Source: Haliotis rubra (Eukaryota). From it: a stretch of 64,000 nucleotides of DNA. Positions within the stretch are counted from its first letter, which is position 1. Every line of letters starts with the position of its first letter. The position numbers and the translations under genes are program-made. The stretch covers positions 1,426,001 to 1,490,000 of the forward strand of contig NW_025767523.1 of NCBI RefSeq assembly GCF_003918875.1, given 5' to 3'. Shown piece after piece: positions 25,801 through 38,900 of this stretch. The notes below the pieces were generated by a model. The model was not told the origin of the DNA, did not search any database, and worked only from the letters and a program-made list of their open reading frames with translations.

Positions 25801-28800
25801 TAGGGATGTTGAAACTACTATAGGCGGAGACAGATGAAGTTAACAAGTATTTCTGTCAGTTTACTGCCAATAACACTACAGACTAGACTGACTGACTGAC
25901 TGAGTTTAGTTTTACGCCGCTTTTAGCAATATTCCAGCAATATCACGGCGGGGACACCAGGAATGGGCTTAACACATTGTGCCCATGTGGTGAATCGAAC
26001 CTGGCCTTCGGCGTGACGAGCCAACGCTTTAACCACTAGGGCTACCCCACCGCCCCTACAGACTAGAACAAAATCCACCGCCATGTAACTTTTAATAAAC
26101 TGTCAGCGAGGGCTTGACAGCAGCTGGCAGTGACGTGTAGACACTCGGCTGCTGGTGTATATATTGCACATTCTGTATGTACATGCGTTATGTATAGAAG
26201 ACCTCAATACTTTACCTGAGGAAATTGTGCCAAAGTAAAGCATTCTGCAGTCTGTATACTCGCTGGCCTTGACATCTATTCGCTGACAGAGTTTTGTAGA
26301 TGGATGACATCACAGTGGTAAATTCATCGGAGCTTGTATCCAGTTCCACTTTTTCACTGTTCTGATAACGGTCAAGTGGAGTCCAGTTCGAGGGGACGTC
26401 AGCTGGTGTTACTGCCGACAGGGACATCAATAAACTGGAACTGAATTATAGTTCTGGAAATTACAATGTTATCGTATGTTATTATGTATGGCTTTGTGCT
26501 GAGCAAGTGGACAGAATCGTAGGATATTTTCATATCAACTTACTTAATTGTTAATGAATATGACACCTTGCTAGGACACCAATGAATATGACACCTTGCT
26601 AGGACACCGGTCTCTTGTGAAAGGCATCAGTGTCCATAAATGTCACTTGTTTTACCACATCTGCTGTTAGTGTGGGGGGTGAGGTGAAATTGGGTTTAAC
26701 GTCGTGCTTGAGAATATTTCGCTCATATGACGACCTGCATGCGTGTGTATGTGTATGTGCAGCTGCTTGTACTTGCCCAGACTTAAGCTGGTTTTATAGT
26801 GCTAGCTCACTGAGATACCATGCCGCAGTGAAGCATGAATACCCCACTCAGACACAGTATACTGACTCCGAGCCGACCAGTCCTTGTTGTACCAATTAAT
26901 GCCGAGCACCAGGCAGGGACTGTTAGTGTGGGGCGTGTCGATAGACACAAGACAGGTCTCCAGTGAAAGGCCTCAGTGAACACACTTAACTGTCTCTAGT
27001 GAAAGATCTCAGTGAACCTACATAGCACTGATTCCCAAGATATCTTACCACGTCTGTTGGTAGCTCCTGGCAGTATCAAGAGATACAAACATCGGCCTCC
27101 TCTGAACTGGCCTCCGAGTTAGATACTTCCTGTTGACCTGAACCAGAGAGGTGAAGTCCAGGCGGTATTCCTGATCTGCGATAGTGTAGAAGTAAGCGTC
27201 CTGTCCAGCCAGGTACTTGGTCTCCAGGGTCAGCTGAAGTTCCGGCTGTAGGAGCAGAATGATGTGGATGAGGGATGTTTTCATCAATATTTCCTCAGCT
27301 ATACCTCTTATCCTGAAAATCCCCCCTAGCCTGCACGAAGCCTACCTAGTTTTAAAAGTCATTCAGACGTCCTTTTCAGCAAAACGATTTTTGAGTGTTT
27401 TTTGTGCTGTTGCTTATTGTATCAAACATAAACAACATCCTTATCAGTGGGACTGGGCGCCATGTTGTTGAAACTGCCAACCCAACATAGAGGTTTGTTT
27501 GGAACCCGCATTCTGATTGGTACCTTAGACCTAGCGTTGCCAGTCAAACTGGCAAATTTAGTAGGTTATGCGAGGAAGGAGTGTCATGGCGGGACATTCC
27601 AAGTCATGGTTACCGGTATAAAGGGCGACCACTCTTTACTGTTGTCCTGCCAGTACCACACCCACTGCGTGTAACGAGATATGTCGTCAGTTCCGGCTTC
27701 CACGTAAGATCGGGTTGACAGTCGCCGGAAACTGAGCTTGTTGTACGACTTCTGCCGTGGTGGGTCAAGTATTTCTTCAAAGTTTACTTCTGATGATGCA
27801 ATTTCTCCATGTAACCGGACCTGAAAATTATATTACATTAGATAAAACTTTGTGGGTTCTTCATATAAGTCAATCCCAAGCACAGAACAGAAATAATAGT
27901 GAATAGTGTGTCCTTCAGTAACGGTGAAATACTCATTACATACACAGTGCGGAATTCCCTCACCATTGATGAAAGATGCACAAACAGAAAGACGTTTAAA
28001 CTTGTGTAGGGCTCACAAAAAACAAGATTGGGAAAATGTTTTCTTTTCTGATGAAAGTTCTGTCTGGCTTTTCCCGATCTGTGTGAAAATGTGGACAAAA
28101 GATACCGTGAAACCTATCTACCAATGCTCAAAACATAGCCCGAAATTTCATATGTGGGGTGGGATATCATCTTGTGGAGTGACGCCGTTGTGCATTTGCA
28201 CTGGAAATTCGACGAAGATATGTTGACATCTTAAATGATCACTTTCTTCCGACGGCCCGAACACTGTATGAAGATAATTAGATTTTCCAGCATGATATCG
28301 ACCCAAAAACACACTGCGGGCTACATAAAACAGTGGTTGTCCGACGAAAAAGTTCAAGTTTTAGACTGGCCAGCCCAGATCTTAACCCTATTGAAAATGT
28401 TTGGAGACTAATGAAGGACAGAATAAACCAAAATGGGCTTAGAAATATTGAGGACATGAAGAAAAAAGTGGTCCAAGATTGGGATAGGCTGTCACACGAT
28501 TTCATGAAAACTTTGATCGGTAGTGTACCTAGACGCATTTAGTCGTGTATTGCTGGGCAGGGAGGTCTCACAAAGTACTGAAAAGACACTTAGACTGTAA
28601 GAGAACTCATATCTCAACATATTCATTTTATTAAAACTTCTATAGTTTATATACATGTATTAGATATTTGCCGAAACAACTTTCTCAATAATTTCTGGGA
28701 ACAATATATCACCTCGTGAGGTTCTTGAGAGGCATACAGATGTTGGTATTCAAGTATAAGACAAAAATTATGGATGTCAATTTGTTTTTATTGTACACAC

Positions 28801-30497
28801 GTTCTGGGCTTTTCCTTGTGTTGTGTATACAATATACAATAAGGAAGTTGACATCCATAATATATATATTTTGTCTTATATCACCTCAATACAAGATCGC
28901 AATTAGCAATTTCATTTTAATTTTTTTTCGTAAAGTTACACAAGCAAATATATACAAACTAAGAAGTAAAGCAGCATTATGAGTTACAGCCAGTATTTCC
29001 CCGCTTGGCAAATATATAGATCGTTTGTTACTGTTCAAATGCAGCAATCACATGCAAAAAGTCTACAGAAGTGAGGAATGCAAAACGCCGTTTCGCCTCG
29101 CCTTTTTCAACCTAGATATAATCGTTGTGGTAAGAAAAAAGTTGTGCAAAACCGATGTCCCAGAATGAACATTCATGAAGTGTTTGTAAAAAGATCCGCA
29201 CATGGTCTAAAAATACCCACTCAAAAGAATGGAATAATCAACAATAAAATTCCTTTGATCAGCTGTGAGGAGAAAGGCACCAGAAATGGTAATTGAACCC
29301 CATTCATCGGTGTGGTTACGTAAAGGATTGATAGAACTCACCTCAGCCACTGTGCTGTCGTCATTGTCACAGAACGATTCCTCCACCTTCTCCATCTCAC
29401 TGTTGGACAACAGTTTCCAATCGCCAATGTTGTCCAGGTACTGCCACACATACGGAGCCTTCTTCTGGTGGTGGACACGAGGACAATAACAAGTGTCCCC
29501 TATGTATCGTTCACACAGTTCCCTCGCCCCTCCGGTCAGGCCTCGTCTTACACTCTGTACTAAAACATCAGTCACATTCTTTATTGTTAAATGATTTGTT
29601 TATCTGCCCTAAAGGTCACCGTTAAACGTTTTGAATGCATTTGCCTGTTGTTTAATGTCCCGGCATGTTTTGAATGTAAACGACCCGTGAAGGTCCGGGT
29701 TTGAATATTGATGTTCAGTAACTCATGCTTGAGTTAGTGAGTTATTATTTAACGTCACATCGGCAATATTTCAGCCATATCGTGACGAAACTCATGCTTG
29801 TCGTAAGAGGAGACTAACGGGATCGGGTGGTCTGGCTCGCTGACTTGGTAGACACATGTCATCGGTTCCAAATCGCGCAGATAGATGCTCATGTTGTTGA
29901 TCACTGGATTGCCTGGTCCAGATTCGATTATTTACAGACCGCCGCCATATTGCTGGAATATTGCTGAGTGCGGCCTAAAACTAAAGTCACTCCCTCACTA
30001 CCCCACTCAAGCGAACCCCAATAGAGTTATGTCCTTTGGAGAGCTCTTTACAAATATCCTATAACGCAACATGTGATTGAAACCAGTTCGGCAAACATCG
30101 ACAACACCGCGTGCGACAGTTTTCGATGTACGGAGCAATTGTTTACATTCCATATATGGCATGTGTTACTGTTTTGCAGCTGTTCGCACCGAAGTTTGAA
30201 TTATCGATTTCAGGCAAGTCGTAAAGGAAAATAAGTATTTTATTGCATTAGTACGAGCTTAAGTGAGTACATATTCCGAAATATATATAATAGAGGCCAA
30301 AATATTGTCGAAAATATGTGACACTGTGCTTTTAACAGGTCAGTCTCACCAGTGACTTCTGTCGATTCATCTGTGTTCTCTGATGAAGCCACACCTCTTC
30401 CCCTACCCCTGCCTCGTCCTCTGCCCCTCCCTCGTCCTCTACCACGCCCTCTTCCTCTTCCCCTCTCAAAACCTTGTATTCCTGTGAAACCGCTCAT
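22882..30497 (-). CDS. PARP12: PARP12/ZAP-like mono-ADP-ribosyltransferase, copy 1 (GR repeat, CCCH-like finger, 2 WWE, ART domain, S/P tail, CaaX), ~645 aa
   Basis: Coding exons: 30497-30350, 29559-29342, 27820-27614, 27245-27049, 26434-26216, 23830-22882. GT-AG with consistent phases (1938 nt). Motifs: PYVWQY, FRRLST..TQWVWYWQD, YRLDFTSLVQVN..RRPVQRRPMFVS, LQNALLW, LFHGT, YGKGAYFARDA, MFLARVLVG, DSCVND..PSIFVIFE..QCYPEY. The symbol means '-like'; orthology among PARP7/11/12/13 is not resolved. Confidence 0.9.
24643..24889 (-). mobile_element. Nin/Deu-domain SINE (family B) in a PARP copy 1 intron
   Basis: Family consensus from gaccgtgaag to (actc)n; TSD gttgatgaatga. Confidence 0.8.
25050..25490. 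mobile_element. MITE with 15-bp TIRs
   Basis: cagaggtacagataa / ttatctgtagctctg, flanked by gaatgaaac / taatgaaac. The uninterrupted site is visible in the local duplicate at ~24590-24640. Confidence 0.75.
25885..26056 (-). mobile_element. tRNA-derived SINE (family A)
   Basis: Consensus match; TSD tacagactaga; empty site in the paralog at ~48790. Confidence 0.85.
26678..26920 (-). mobile_element. Meta-domain-type SINE (family C), 5'-truncated
   Basis: Reverse complement of the 3' part of 45673-46021; flanked by ctgttagtgtgggg repeats. Confidence 0.75.
27900..28581 (+). mobile_element. Decayed Tc1/mariner transposase in a PARP copy 1 intron
   Basis: DWENVFFSDESS, KFHMWGGIS, FQHD, SPDLNPIENVW and ..GGLTKY* spread over several frames with stops. 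Confidence 0.9.
29682..30003 (+). mobile_element. Nin/Deu-domain SINE (family B) with a nested ~60-bp retro-tail insertion
   Basis: gacccgtgaaggtccggg start; nested piece ~29732-29788 flanked by aactcatgcttg duplication. Confidence 0.8.
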
Positions 30498-31391
30498 GTC
30501 GAGGAACATATGCACTGTAAGGAGAATAATTATGCCAAAATAATTTTCTCCCGCATGGGATGTCACTTTCAATCCTGCGCGTCAGGCCATAATTTATGCT
30601 AATACAAATATGAAGATGAATATGTCATAAATATAATGAACACAAATATGTTTTGTTTGAAACAAAGTGCCTCGTTAAGTTTGTTGCTATTCTTATTGGG
30701 AAAAATTGTTCTTCATCACGCTCGTTTCCAACAAAATATATACGAAAACAATAGATTCTCACTTTCACGAAAAATGAGGCCTGAGAATCCTTTATGTTGC
30801 TATATATAGCCTTATTGTGCAATGACGTCAGTTACACTGCTGGGGCGGCACTTGTGGTGCAAGTGTCACGCGAATGCCCGGGTTCGATTCCCCACATGGT
30901 ACAATGTGTGAAGCCCATTTCTGGTGTCCCCCATCGTGATATTGCTGAACTATTGACGTAGAACCCAACTCGCTCACACTTACTGGCTCAAACAACAAAT
31001 TATCGGTTATTTGGAAAAACGTAACAGATGTCTCCCATGCTTAAAACTTCACTCAGTGTTTGTCATGCTTGTTACTTTGACCAGTGTCTCAGACAGTGTT
31101 TGATTTGAACATTCATCCTGTCAGTGACTTGTCATACATGTAACTTTCATGTTGACCCTGAAATACAAATCATTTCGGAAGAGCGCGTAAAACCTGCAAA
31201 TCAGCATTATCAATACGCATTACATTAATCAGTGTCTGACATACATGTTGCTTGAATCAGTGTAGTGTCTGCCATGGATGTTACTCTTATCAGGATCTCC
31301 TGTGTCTATGATTTAATCTGTGACACGAGGCACATATGACGCATTATCGATTCTGACACCAGTATATTGACCCTGTACAACAGTAAACATA

Positions 31392-31460
31392 CCTGCACGC
31401 TTACGGATCAAGATTGAATTTCACCGTTCAGTCAGATCAACTGGGATTATGGAGCTACAC
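31392..31460 (-). other. Probable non-coding 5'UTR exon of PARP copy 1 (a further donor at ~31570)
   Basis: tttcag|gtgtagctccat...gcag|gtatgt; conserved island in copy 2 at ~58255-58310, and donor gcgg|gtaag conserved at ~58405. Confidence 0.5.
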
Positions 31461-31697
31461 CTGAAACACAATATGCCTACTAAATTACATACATGTATTT
31501 CTCTGTAAAAGTCTCTCCTAATCAAATTTGAAGTGTTTACTGTTTTCGACATTGTTCAGTATACCTTACCCGCTGGGTGGTCTTGCCCGACAGAATCCGA
31601 CTGAGGCAGTAAGAACGGGATCCTCTCACTAAGGACAAATGACACTATACTAACCCTATCCACCATGTGACTTCCGAGTATGTGAACGAGTGTTACT

Positions 31698-31776
31698 TTC
31701 TTGGAAAACGTGGCTAATATATCACTGATAAACACCATCGCGCTCTCTCGGTTTCGGTTTGCAAGACTTCCTAGAA
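31698..31776. promoter_or_regulatory. GAS (TTCTTGGAA) + ISRE-like (GGTTTCGGTTTG) + GAS (TTCCTAGAA) cluster upstream of PARP copy 1
   Basis: Motifs at 31698-31706, 31750-31761 and 31768-31776, just upstream of the first predicted exon; the first GAS is conserved in copy 2. Confidence 0.55.
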
Positions 31777-34700
31777 ACACCAAGCTCCGTGCAGCGACAG
31801 CTCATTCGCGGCGCTGTACAGCAGTTTTCACAGCTCTCCAGTGAGCTTGGCTTCTAGTCTGTCTCACAGTCCCTGAACCACATTAATTTCCCTACTGCCA
31901 AGCCCTCTCTGCAGTGCTAAAGCCCTAAATAAAGCAAGTCTAGATTTCCTAGGTTCATCTCTGGTCCTTCTAGGGCTCCTTTTCAATTTAAATGGGCTTG
32001 TTTGTTATTATCAAAATTATATATATTCATAGACTAAGCATAAGTCCATGATGATGTAAGCAGCGGGATTTGCATCATACCTTATATGTAAAGCGACCGT
32101 TGCTCAACATGTGACCAATGGTCACCCGCTGTGCCCAATATCACGCATTAAATTACACACTCAACCAGACCCATCTTCACTATAAATACCAAGTGTCTAG
32201 CTTGACTGCTCTGCAACTGCTTCATCATCAGTATAGTGATAACAAACTTGTTTCCATGGAAACAGAATACGTTTAAAGACATTAAACTTTCCAAAACGGA
32301 GAGTCGTGCCATTCCTGCTGCTTGCACCTAACGGTCAACTCGGAGGTTATAGTCTTGCATCAGATCAGATTGTAGTAATTGTTTTCATTACTTTGGGATT
32401 TCGTGGTGAGGCAAACTTGCCGTGCTGCACATCCACAGAAACACTGACCCTATTTATAAACCTGCTGGAATACGGCTTTGTCTGTGTGCTGTGTCGACAA
32501 GACAGAAGATACTCCTCAAAGCATCGGGCAGGACACACGCTCAGTGGGATTCTATACAAAAACCCTACCTTGTTGGTAAGACCTTCTACCATCCTAATAC
32601 CTTAACTTACTTAATACGTTTAACTTATTTAATCATTTTGATGTTTTAATGAATTTAATTGATCTATTTTAATTCACTTTATTAAACACATGCGTTCAAA
32701 TCCATTATTAACTTGAAGATGTTTTCCAGCGAATCTTGTTAATGGAGACTTGATGTGCTTGTTTTCATAATGTGCTTAAATCATAAGTAAAAGTGCATGT
32801 AGATGTTTTGTCGCTTCCTTTTATTGAAAGGTATATTTCGGTGCAAAGCTCACCATCTCCAACTGGCTCCTTCACTCTTTAGTATGACGTTTCCCTCGGT
32901 AGGAGATAGTCTATATGAGACAACGCCTCACTTACAGCTTACTATATAGGCAATGATATGTTTTGTGTTAATGAATATGACACGATGTTAACCTTGAACT
33001 TAACGCCTCGCGTGGCCTTCCAGGGTGACCTTGCCTCAAGTTGGCGTCATAAAAACGTCAAAAGACACATCTTGACACTTTTGTTAAAAATCTTGACGAA
33101 TTGACAGCGCAGTGACTGGAAGATACACGAAATATACACTTGGCCGTTTCAGAAAAACCTGTTTCAATATAACTTATCTTTGTAGTTTTGTTTCTCTCTA
33201 AAGCGTCTATTTAATATACAATCTGGCTCGTATATGTTTATTTGATGTGTTTATATTGCATTCTTGACTGTAATCAACATGCCCATAATGTGAATCTCGG
33301 ATTAGTGTTCAACTATTAGGTTGAATGGTCTTATCAGTGTTAATTTGTATTTTTGTCAAGGGAAGTTTGTTTGAAACACTTTATTGTCATCTTTTAGCCG
33401 CAAGGTTATTTGGACCAAGCGGTAGTCTGAATCTCTGGTCTCCCTAGCTTGGCTTCCTACATCCACACACGGACGCGTTTAATGATACGCTGAACAGCGC
33501 TACAACCCATACGTTATATCGTACCGTACATGTACATGTTTTCGCTCGATATGTATTTCGCTCAGCAATTTTGAATCTCTGTTCACGTTGGGGGTTGTGT
33601 TTTTTTATATATTTTATTTATTTCAGCCATTTTACAATATTTTACAATTTCCACACTATTTCATGACAGTAGGGGTAGGTTCCTTTTCACAAATAGCCAT
33701 AGTAATTTATTGTATTTAAGTCACAATATGGCTGAAATATTGCCGATGTGTCTATAAATTTGAACTCACTCTCTCACTATTGTAGCAGTTCTTTCGGCCT
33801 TTTTTGATACTGTTGGTGTATTTGGATATGTATTCTTCAATAGATTTAGTGTCCTTGAGAATTTTCACAAAACATTGTTTTTTAAATTCGTGATATAAAC
33901 ACATCTTATAGCTGATAGAAGAGTGTGATTGAGGAACTTGCGTCTTCTATCAATACCCAGCGTATATCAAAAACTGAAAAGTTTTCATCGATATTACATT
34001 TTCTTTGTATACATGTCCTGTTTCAAGCTATTCCAAAACTCTTTCACACATGTACAGGCAATAAAGACATGCATTATACTCTCAGGTTCAGACTTACAAA
34101 AAGAGCAAACATTGCTATCTACCAAATTCATTCTTAGCATATTATTTTTCAAACACACAGTTATAAATGAATCTATATTGAAAGTCCAGAAGCTTTGTGG
34201 CCCTGGAATATTTTCCGTAGATTGTGAAAATATTTTTCCAAGGGATATCTATGATAATATGATTTTCCCATTTAAAACAGGGCTTAAGCATGTGATACTC
34301 TGGCAGTTTAGACAAAACGCAGTAGAACGTCCGACAGCCTTTTACAGAGAGATCAAACTGCAGTCAGTTTGACTATAAGGTGTCCCCATGAATTTCTAAA
34401 TATAACAGTTAGAAATTGCCATGCATCACAGAAAAAGTTGTTTAACAAACTATCATCATTGTGTACATAATTGTTGACAGTCGACGCAGAGGGGATCACG
34501 GCAAGCAACGGGAATAGACAGGTGGGAAGGGGAGCGTCTCAAAATCTATTCTGAGTGATCTGTGACTTCGTCATCAGGGGCATCATGTGTAGTCAGAGCT
34601 GATGGAGATAACAAGCGATGCGACAGTTGCCTGTTGAAGACCATCACGATATCATCTTGCAACTTTATAATTAACTTTCATAAATATAGCAATAGTACAG

Positions 34701-35646
34701 ATATAATTTTTATCACAAGTTGCAATGAAAGTCATTTTGATAATAAATATGAGTAAAACATCAAGATTAACAACCCCAAGAAGGACAAAATATTCACAAA
34801 GAATTATGTCAAGTTTTCCACATGAAATTGTGTTTATTTTAGATATGTGACAGAGTTTTTACCACTGGTAACGGATAATTTTAGATTTTATGAAAGATGA
34901 TGGTAACGAAAAAATTTCTATTATTTTGTGTTCATTCAGGATAAGGCAATAAGTTGTTTTTTTTGTATATAAACATTTCCTTGGGCAATAAATGGTGAGC
35001 ATCATGCAATTTCAAGTCGTTCAAATGAGCAAGTCCTTAGATGAAATGACTTCTATATTATCCCAAGGGAAATTTGGTGTGCATCATATCATTTACAGTT
35101 CTCCAGTTTTCACATTCTTAGAGCATGTCTACATAACATTTTATAATGAGTACCTGCAAGTGATTGCAAGTCACAACGTCATTGCCTCTCGAAATGGAAC
35201 ACATACAAATAGATAGTACAAAGCCCCATTCAATATGCTTAACTTACAGAGTCTGTACAAACACAAATATTTTCAGAAGAAGACAATTTAGTCAATGTTC
35301 ATGATGATTTTGATGATGATTGTAGATGATTGCAGATAATGATGATTATCTGTCAATCATAAATAGATTTCAAAACGTAAAATGTTGTCTCATGTAACAC
35401 ACTAGGTAAATAAACACTACAGACTTGAGGAATGGACTAGACGTTTACATTCAAGTGGCAATTCATAGTGTTGGGAATTAGTTAAAACATCGTAATTGAT
35501 GATTGGTTTATTACAACCGATCATTCATCAAAAATAATTGGTTAGCGTCATTTATCAAATTTTCCTGTAATGTGTCTTAATGCACACAAAAAAGAAAGAA
35601 AGAGAAAACATGTAATTCTTTAGGGGTTTTTTTCACATTTTTAAAG

Positions 35647-35802
35647 GAGTGAGTGAGTGAGTTTGGTTTTACGCCGCTTTTAGCAATATTCCAGCAATAT
35701 CACGGCGGAGGACACCAGAAATGGGCTTCACACATTGTGGGCTTCGAACATTCATCAGCGTGACGAGAGAACACTTTAATCACTGGGCTGCCCCACCGCC
35801 CC
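35647..35802 (-). mobile_element. tRNA-derived SINE (family A)
   Basis: Consensus match; TSD ttttaaagga. Confidence 0.8.
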
Positions 35803-37299
35803 ATTTTAAAGGATGACAAGTATGTTAGGAACATATATTTTCTGGAGTCATTAAGATAAATTCAACCATGATCTGGAACAAACGTGTAGTGCTTATGCAA
35901 TGTAAATTTAATGACAGACAAAACCAACCTTGTGAAATATATTGTTAATGCAAACAAGTGTTCCAAAAATGTTTGTGTTCGATTATGAGAAAACATGATC
36001 AGTTGCTTGGTGGTTTAGTCACTGCAACCAATCTTCGATTATTTCAGTAAATCGGACCACCACTAATGATTCATGGCTCTTTTAATCCCATAGGTGGATT
36101 CATTAGATTGTTTTTTACTGAACTATAATATTTCCAGAATACTGAAGTAAATCTAAGGATAGAGAAAACTATGCGAAACAGGAAGGTATGACAGGTATGC
36201 CTTACAGCAATATTTATGCCAGGAGATTTTCAACGAAAGTGAACCGATTCTGCACAATTTTATTATAAGTAACTCAAGCAAACGTCATACGCTTCCTGAT
36301 GGAAATAAAAGCATATGACATTATACTTGACCACTTATGATGTTGTAGTCAACAATGTTCTGACATGGAAGAGTCTAGAGACGAAAAATGACAATTTTAT
36401 GTACAATTGAAATCACCTCGAATTATAGCTTCAAACATTCTGACGATCTTTAGACACTATGGATACATTAATAGAAACGTCCAATTCCGATTCATGAACA
36501 AGATTTTACAAATTGTGTCCTGTCAGTTCCATTTTTGTGATTGTGAATTATCTGTGACCATGAATGAATTTTCCGTTACATCAACTTCATAATCACAAAT
36601 TTTCGGTCACATTAGACCAATTCAGTGTTTTAAATATGTGTCTTCTTTTGGCTGCTAAAACAGCACATGCCTCTTTATAGTGGGAGATAAACCCAATCAG
36701 AATACTGACTTTTTATGCTACAATATTTTTATTTAATCATTGTTTTAAATATATCAATTCATTAATTAAAAAAGTATAAAAATCTTAACAATTTATGACT
36801 TTACACGATTATCAAGGGTTTTCAGAGTAATCTAACTATATTCTGTCCTAAAGGAACTTAGCATTGAGGTAAACGTGAAATTAATTCGGTTCTAAAGTTG
36901 ATTTCGGATGTCTACAGGCCATATATTGCAACTTACCCTCGCCTTGCAGTTGCTAAAATCACAAAGGCTCTGTCACAAATCATAAAGTTTCTGTCGCAAA
37001 AATCACAAAGCCTCCACTCTCACTGTAACCAAGTTCCCTACCAGTGATTCACACCGAAATAAATTAGAAAATGTTATGTCATGTTATGTTTTGGTAGAAA
37101 TGATAAATGTAAAATGAAGGAGGGAAAAACATAGAATTGACTCCACTAAGTTTGCCTGGAAACAAAACTATATGTTTGCAACACATCTTTTATTTCTTTG
37201 AAATTTAGTGAACAAAACTTTCTTTAACACATAAATCGATGATGATGGAATGTTCCAGGAAGAGCTAGGCAGTGAAATAGCTGTTAAACGATCACATAA

Positions 37300-38900
37300 A
37301 TTTCGATGATGAGTATATAACGCAGCTGGAATGGGTTTTCTTCCCAAACTTTCAGCGACCAAAATCATGTGGCAAGTGTTCCTGAATGTTAGTCCAGCCT
37401 TGTCACCAGGTCATCTCGTTCTTATGGTTGATTTCAATATCCATGTTGATTCTGTGTCTGACTCCTTTGCTAAATCCTTCTGTGACATCTTTCAATCTCC
37501 TACAGCACGTTTCTGGACCAACTCACCGACCAGGTCATACACAACTAGTCATCACCAAGGATAGTTGTGATATTCTGGATGTCGTTGATGTTAGTGACAA
37601 ACAGTTATCTGATCATTCACTTATTCACTGCTCTGTCAAACTTACTACTCCTAAGCAAGTGAGAAAAGACATTAGCTACAGGAAGACTTGAAATATAGAC
37701 ATTAGACAGGTTTCTAATGACACTAAATCTTCTGAGCTGCTACAGTCACTCTCTGATTCTTGTGGAGTTGATGATAAGACTGATGTGTTGCTTATCACGA
37801 ATATTGGATAAGCATGCTCTTCTGCATTCTCTTCCCACAGAGGTTACTCCTGTCATATCTTCCTACGTAACCTCTGTTCTAATACGGCCCTTTCATGGTG
37901 TGAGCGATCAAGACTCGTGATTGGAGGCAATCAGATTTAGTTGTGCAATCAGCGACGTTGTTTCAAAAGTGATCATTCGCAAGGCCTCGGTAATTTCCGT
38001 ATACTTCGAGAAAACTAAACCTCTTCCCCTGCGCGATGCGCAAACGTTTCTTCTAGACAGAACTCAGTCATGTTATGGCGGATCAGTGGCGTCTCTTGTG
38101 TATAACATCAACACAAGTCCCCGGCAGATGGGGGATATTTGTGGCCTCACATTTGCTTGTGTTAGTCTAAGTTGAATCTAAGTCGATGTAACAGGTGTTC
38201 TGATTGGATAGAAAGAATTCGTTTTGCGATCTTTTGCCGCTAGGGGATTTTACGAGAACCGGGAAATATGGCCGTATTAGAACAGAGGTTCGTAGGAAGA
38301 TATGACAAGTAACCTCTGTGGGAAGAGAATGGCTCCTCTGAAGTCTAGTTCTGTTGTCATTCGTCCTTGTTCTGTTGTCATATATTCCTTGTTGAACAGT
38401 CTGTTGAAGCAGGATACAAATTGTACTCTAGCCAATAGTTTTGCCAGGATTTTTCAACGCCAAGATATGGGATATACGCCAAGAACTTGACATTAGACTT
38501 CTCTGCAGAATCAATTTTCAATGAGTAATATTTCAGTAGTACATATTTGTCTGAACTCTCCTTAACCTATCCGGAAGAAATAAGTCAGATCATGTAAGCA
38601 AGCTTGGATTCTCTCATCAGCCCCTTATCCATTTGAGGGATGCCAAAGTTTTCAAACAGGCAGTCCTCTAATTAAAGAGGCCAATTTAAATTCGGATGAG
38701 TTAAAAAACTACCGGCCAGTATCTAATGTATCTTTCATTTCAAAATGTTTGGAAAACAATTTTCACGAAGGCTTGAAGAACACCTACTCAATAACAACCT
38801 GCTTGAACTCTTTCAGAGTGCTTACAAATCAAAACGTAGCACAGAGACTGCAGTTGTTCGTATCCATAACGATGTCATGAGGGCAATGGACCAGCATTGA
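37300..38900 (+). mobile_element. Decayed L2/CR1-like LINE ORF2 (endonuclease and RT fragments)
   Basis: DFNIHVD, QHVSGPTH..GHT..LVI, LSDHSLI, LKNYRPVSNVSFISKCLE, FQSAY...STETA....ND; many frameshifts. Confidence 0.8.
37825..38331. mobile_element. MITE with ~65-bp TIRs and 9-bp TSD (Mutator-like) nested in the LINE
   Basis: cattctcttcccacagaggttac...aatacggcc / ggccgtatt...gtaacctctgtgggaagagaatg; TSD gctcttctg / gctcctctg. Confidence 0.85.

Noticed and set aside
27246-27320. In-frame hydrophobic extension upstream of the second WWE exon, conserved in both copies
   Set aside because: Best explained as the intron branch/polypyrimidine region; the acceptor at 27245 gives a continuous WWE domain.
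32306-32990. Possible piggyBac Cys-rich or Penelope endonuclease fragments
   Set aside because: Only a few residues of resemblance (e.g. CPARCFEEY), too little to call without a search.
33929-34372. 147-aa ORF
   Set aside because: AT-rich, non-ATG start, no recognisable motif or splice support.
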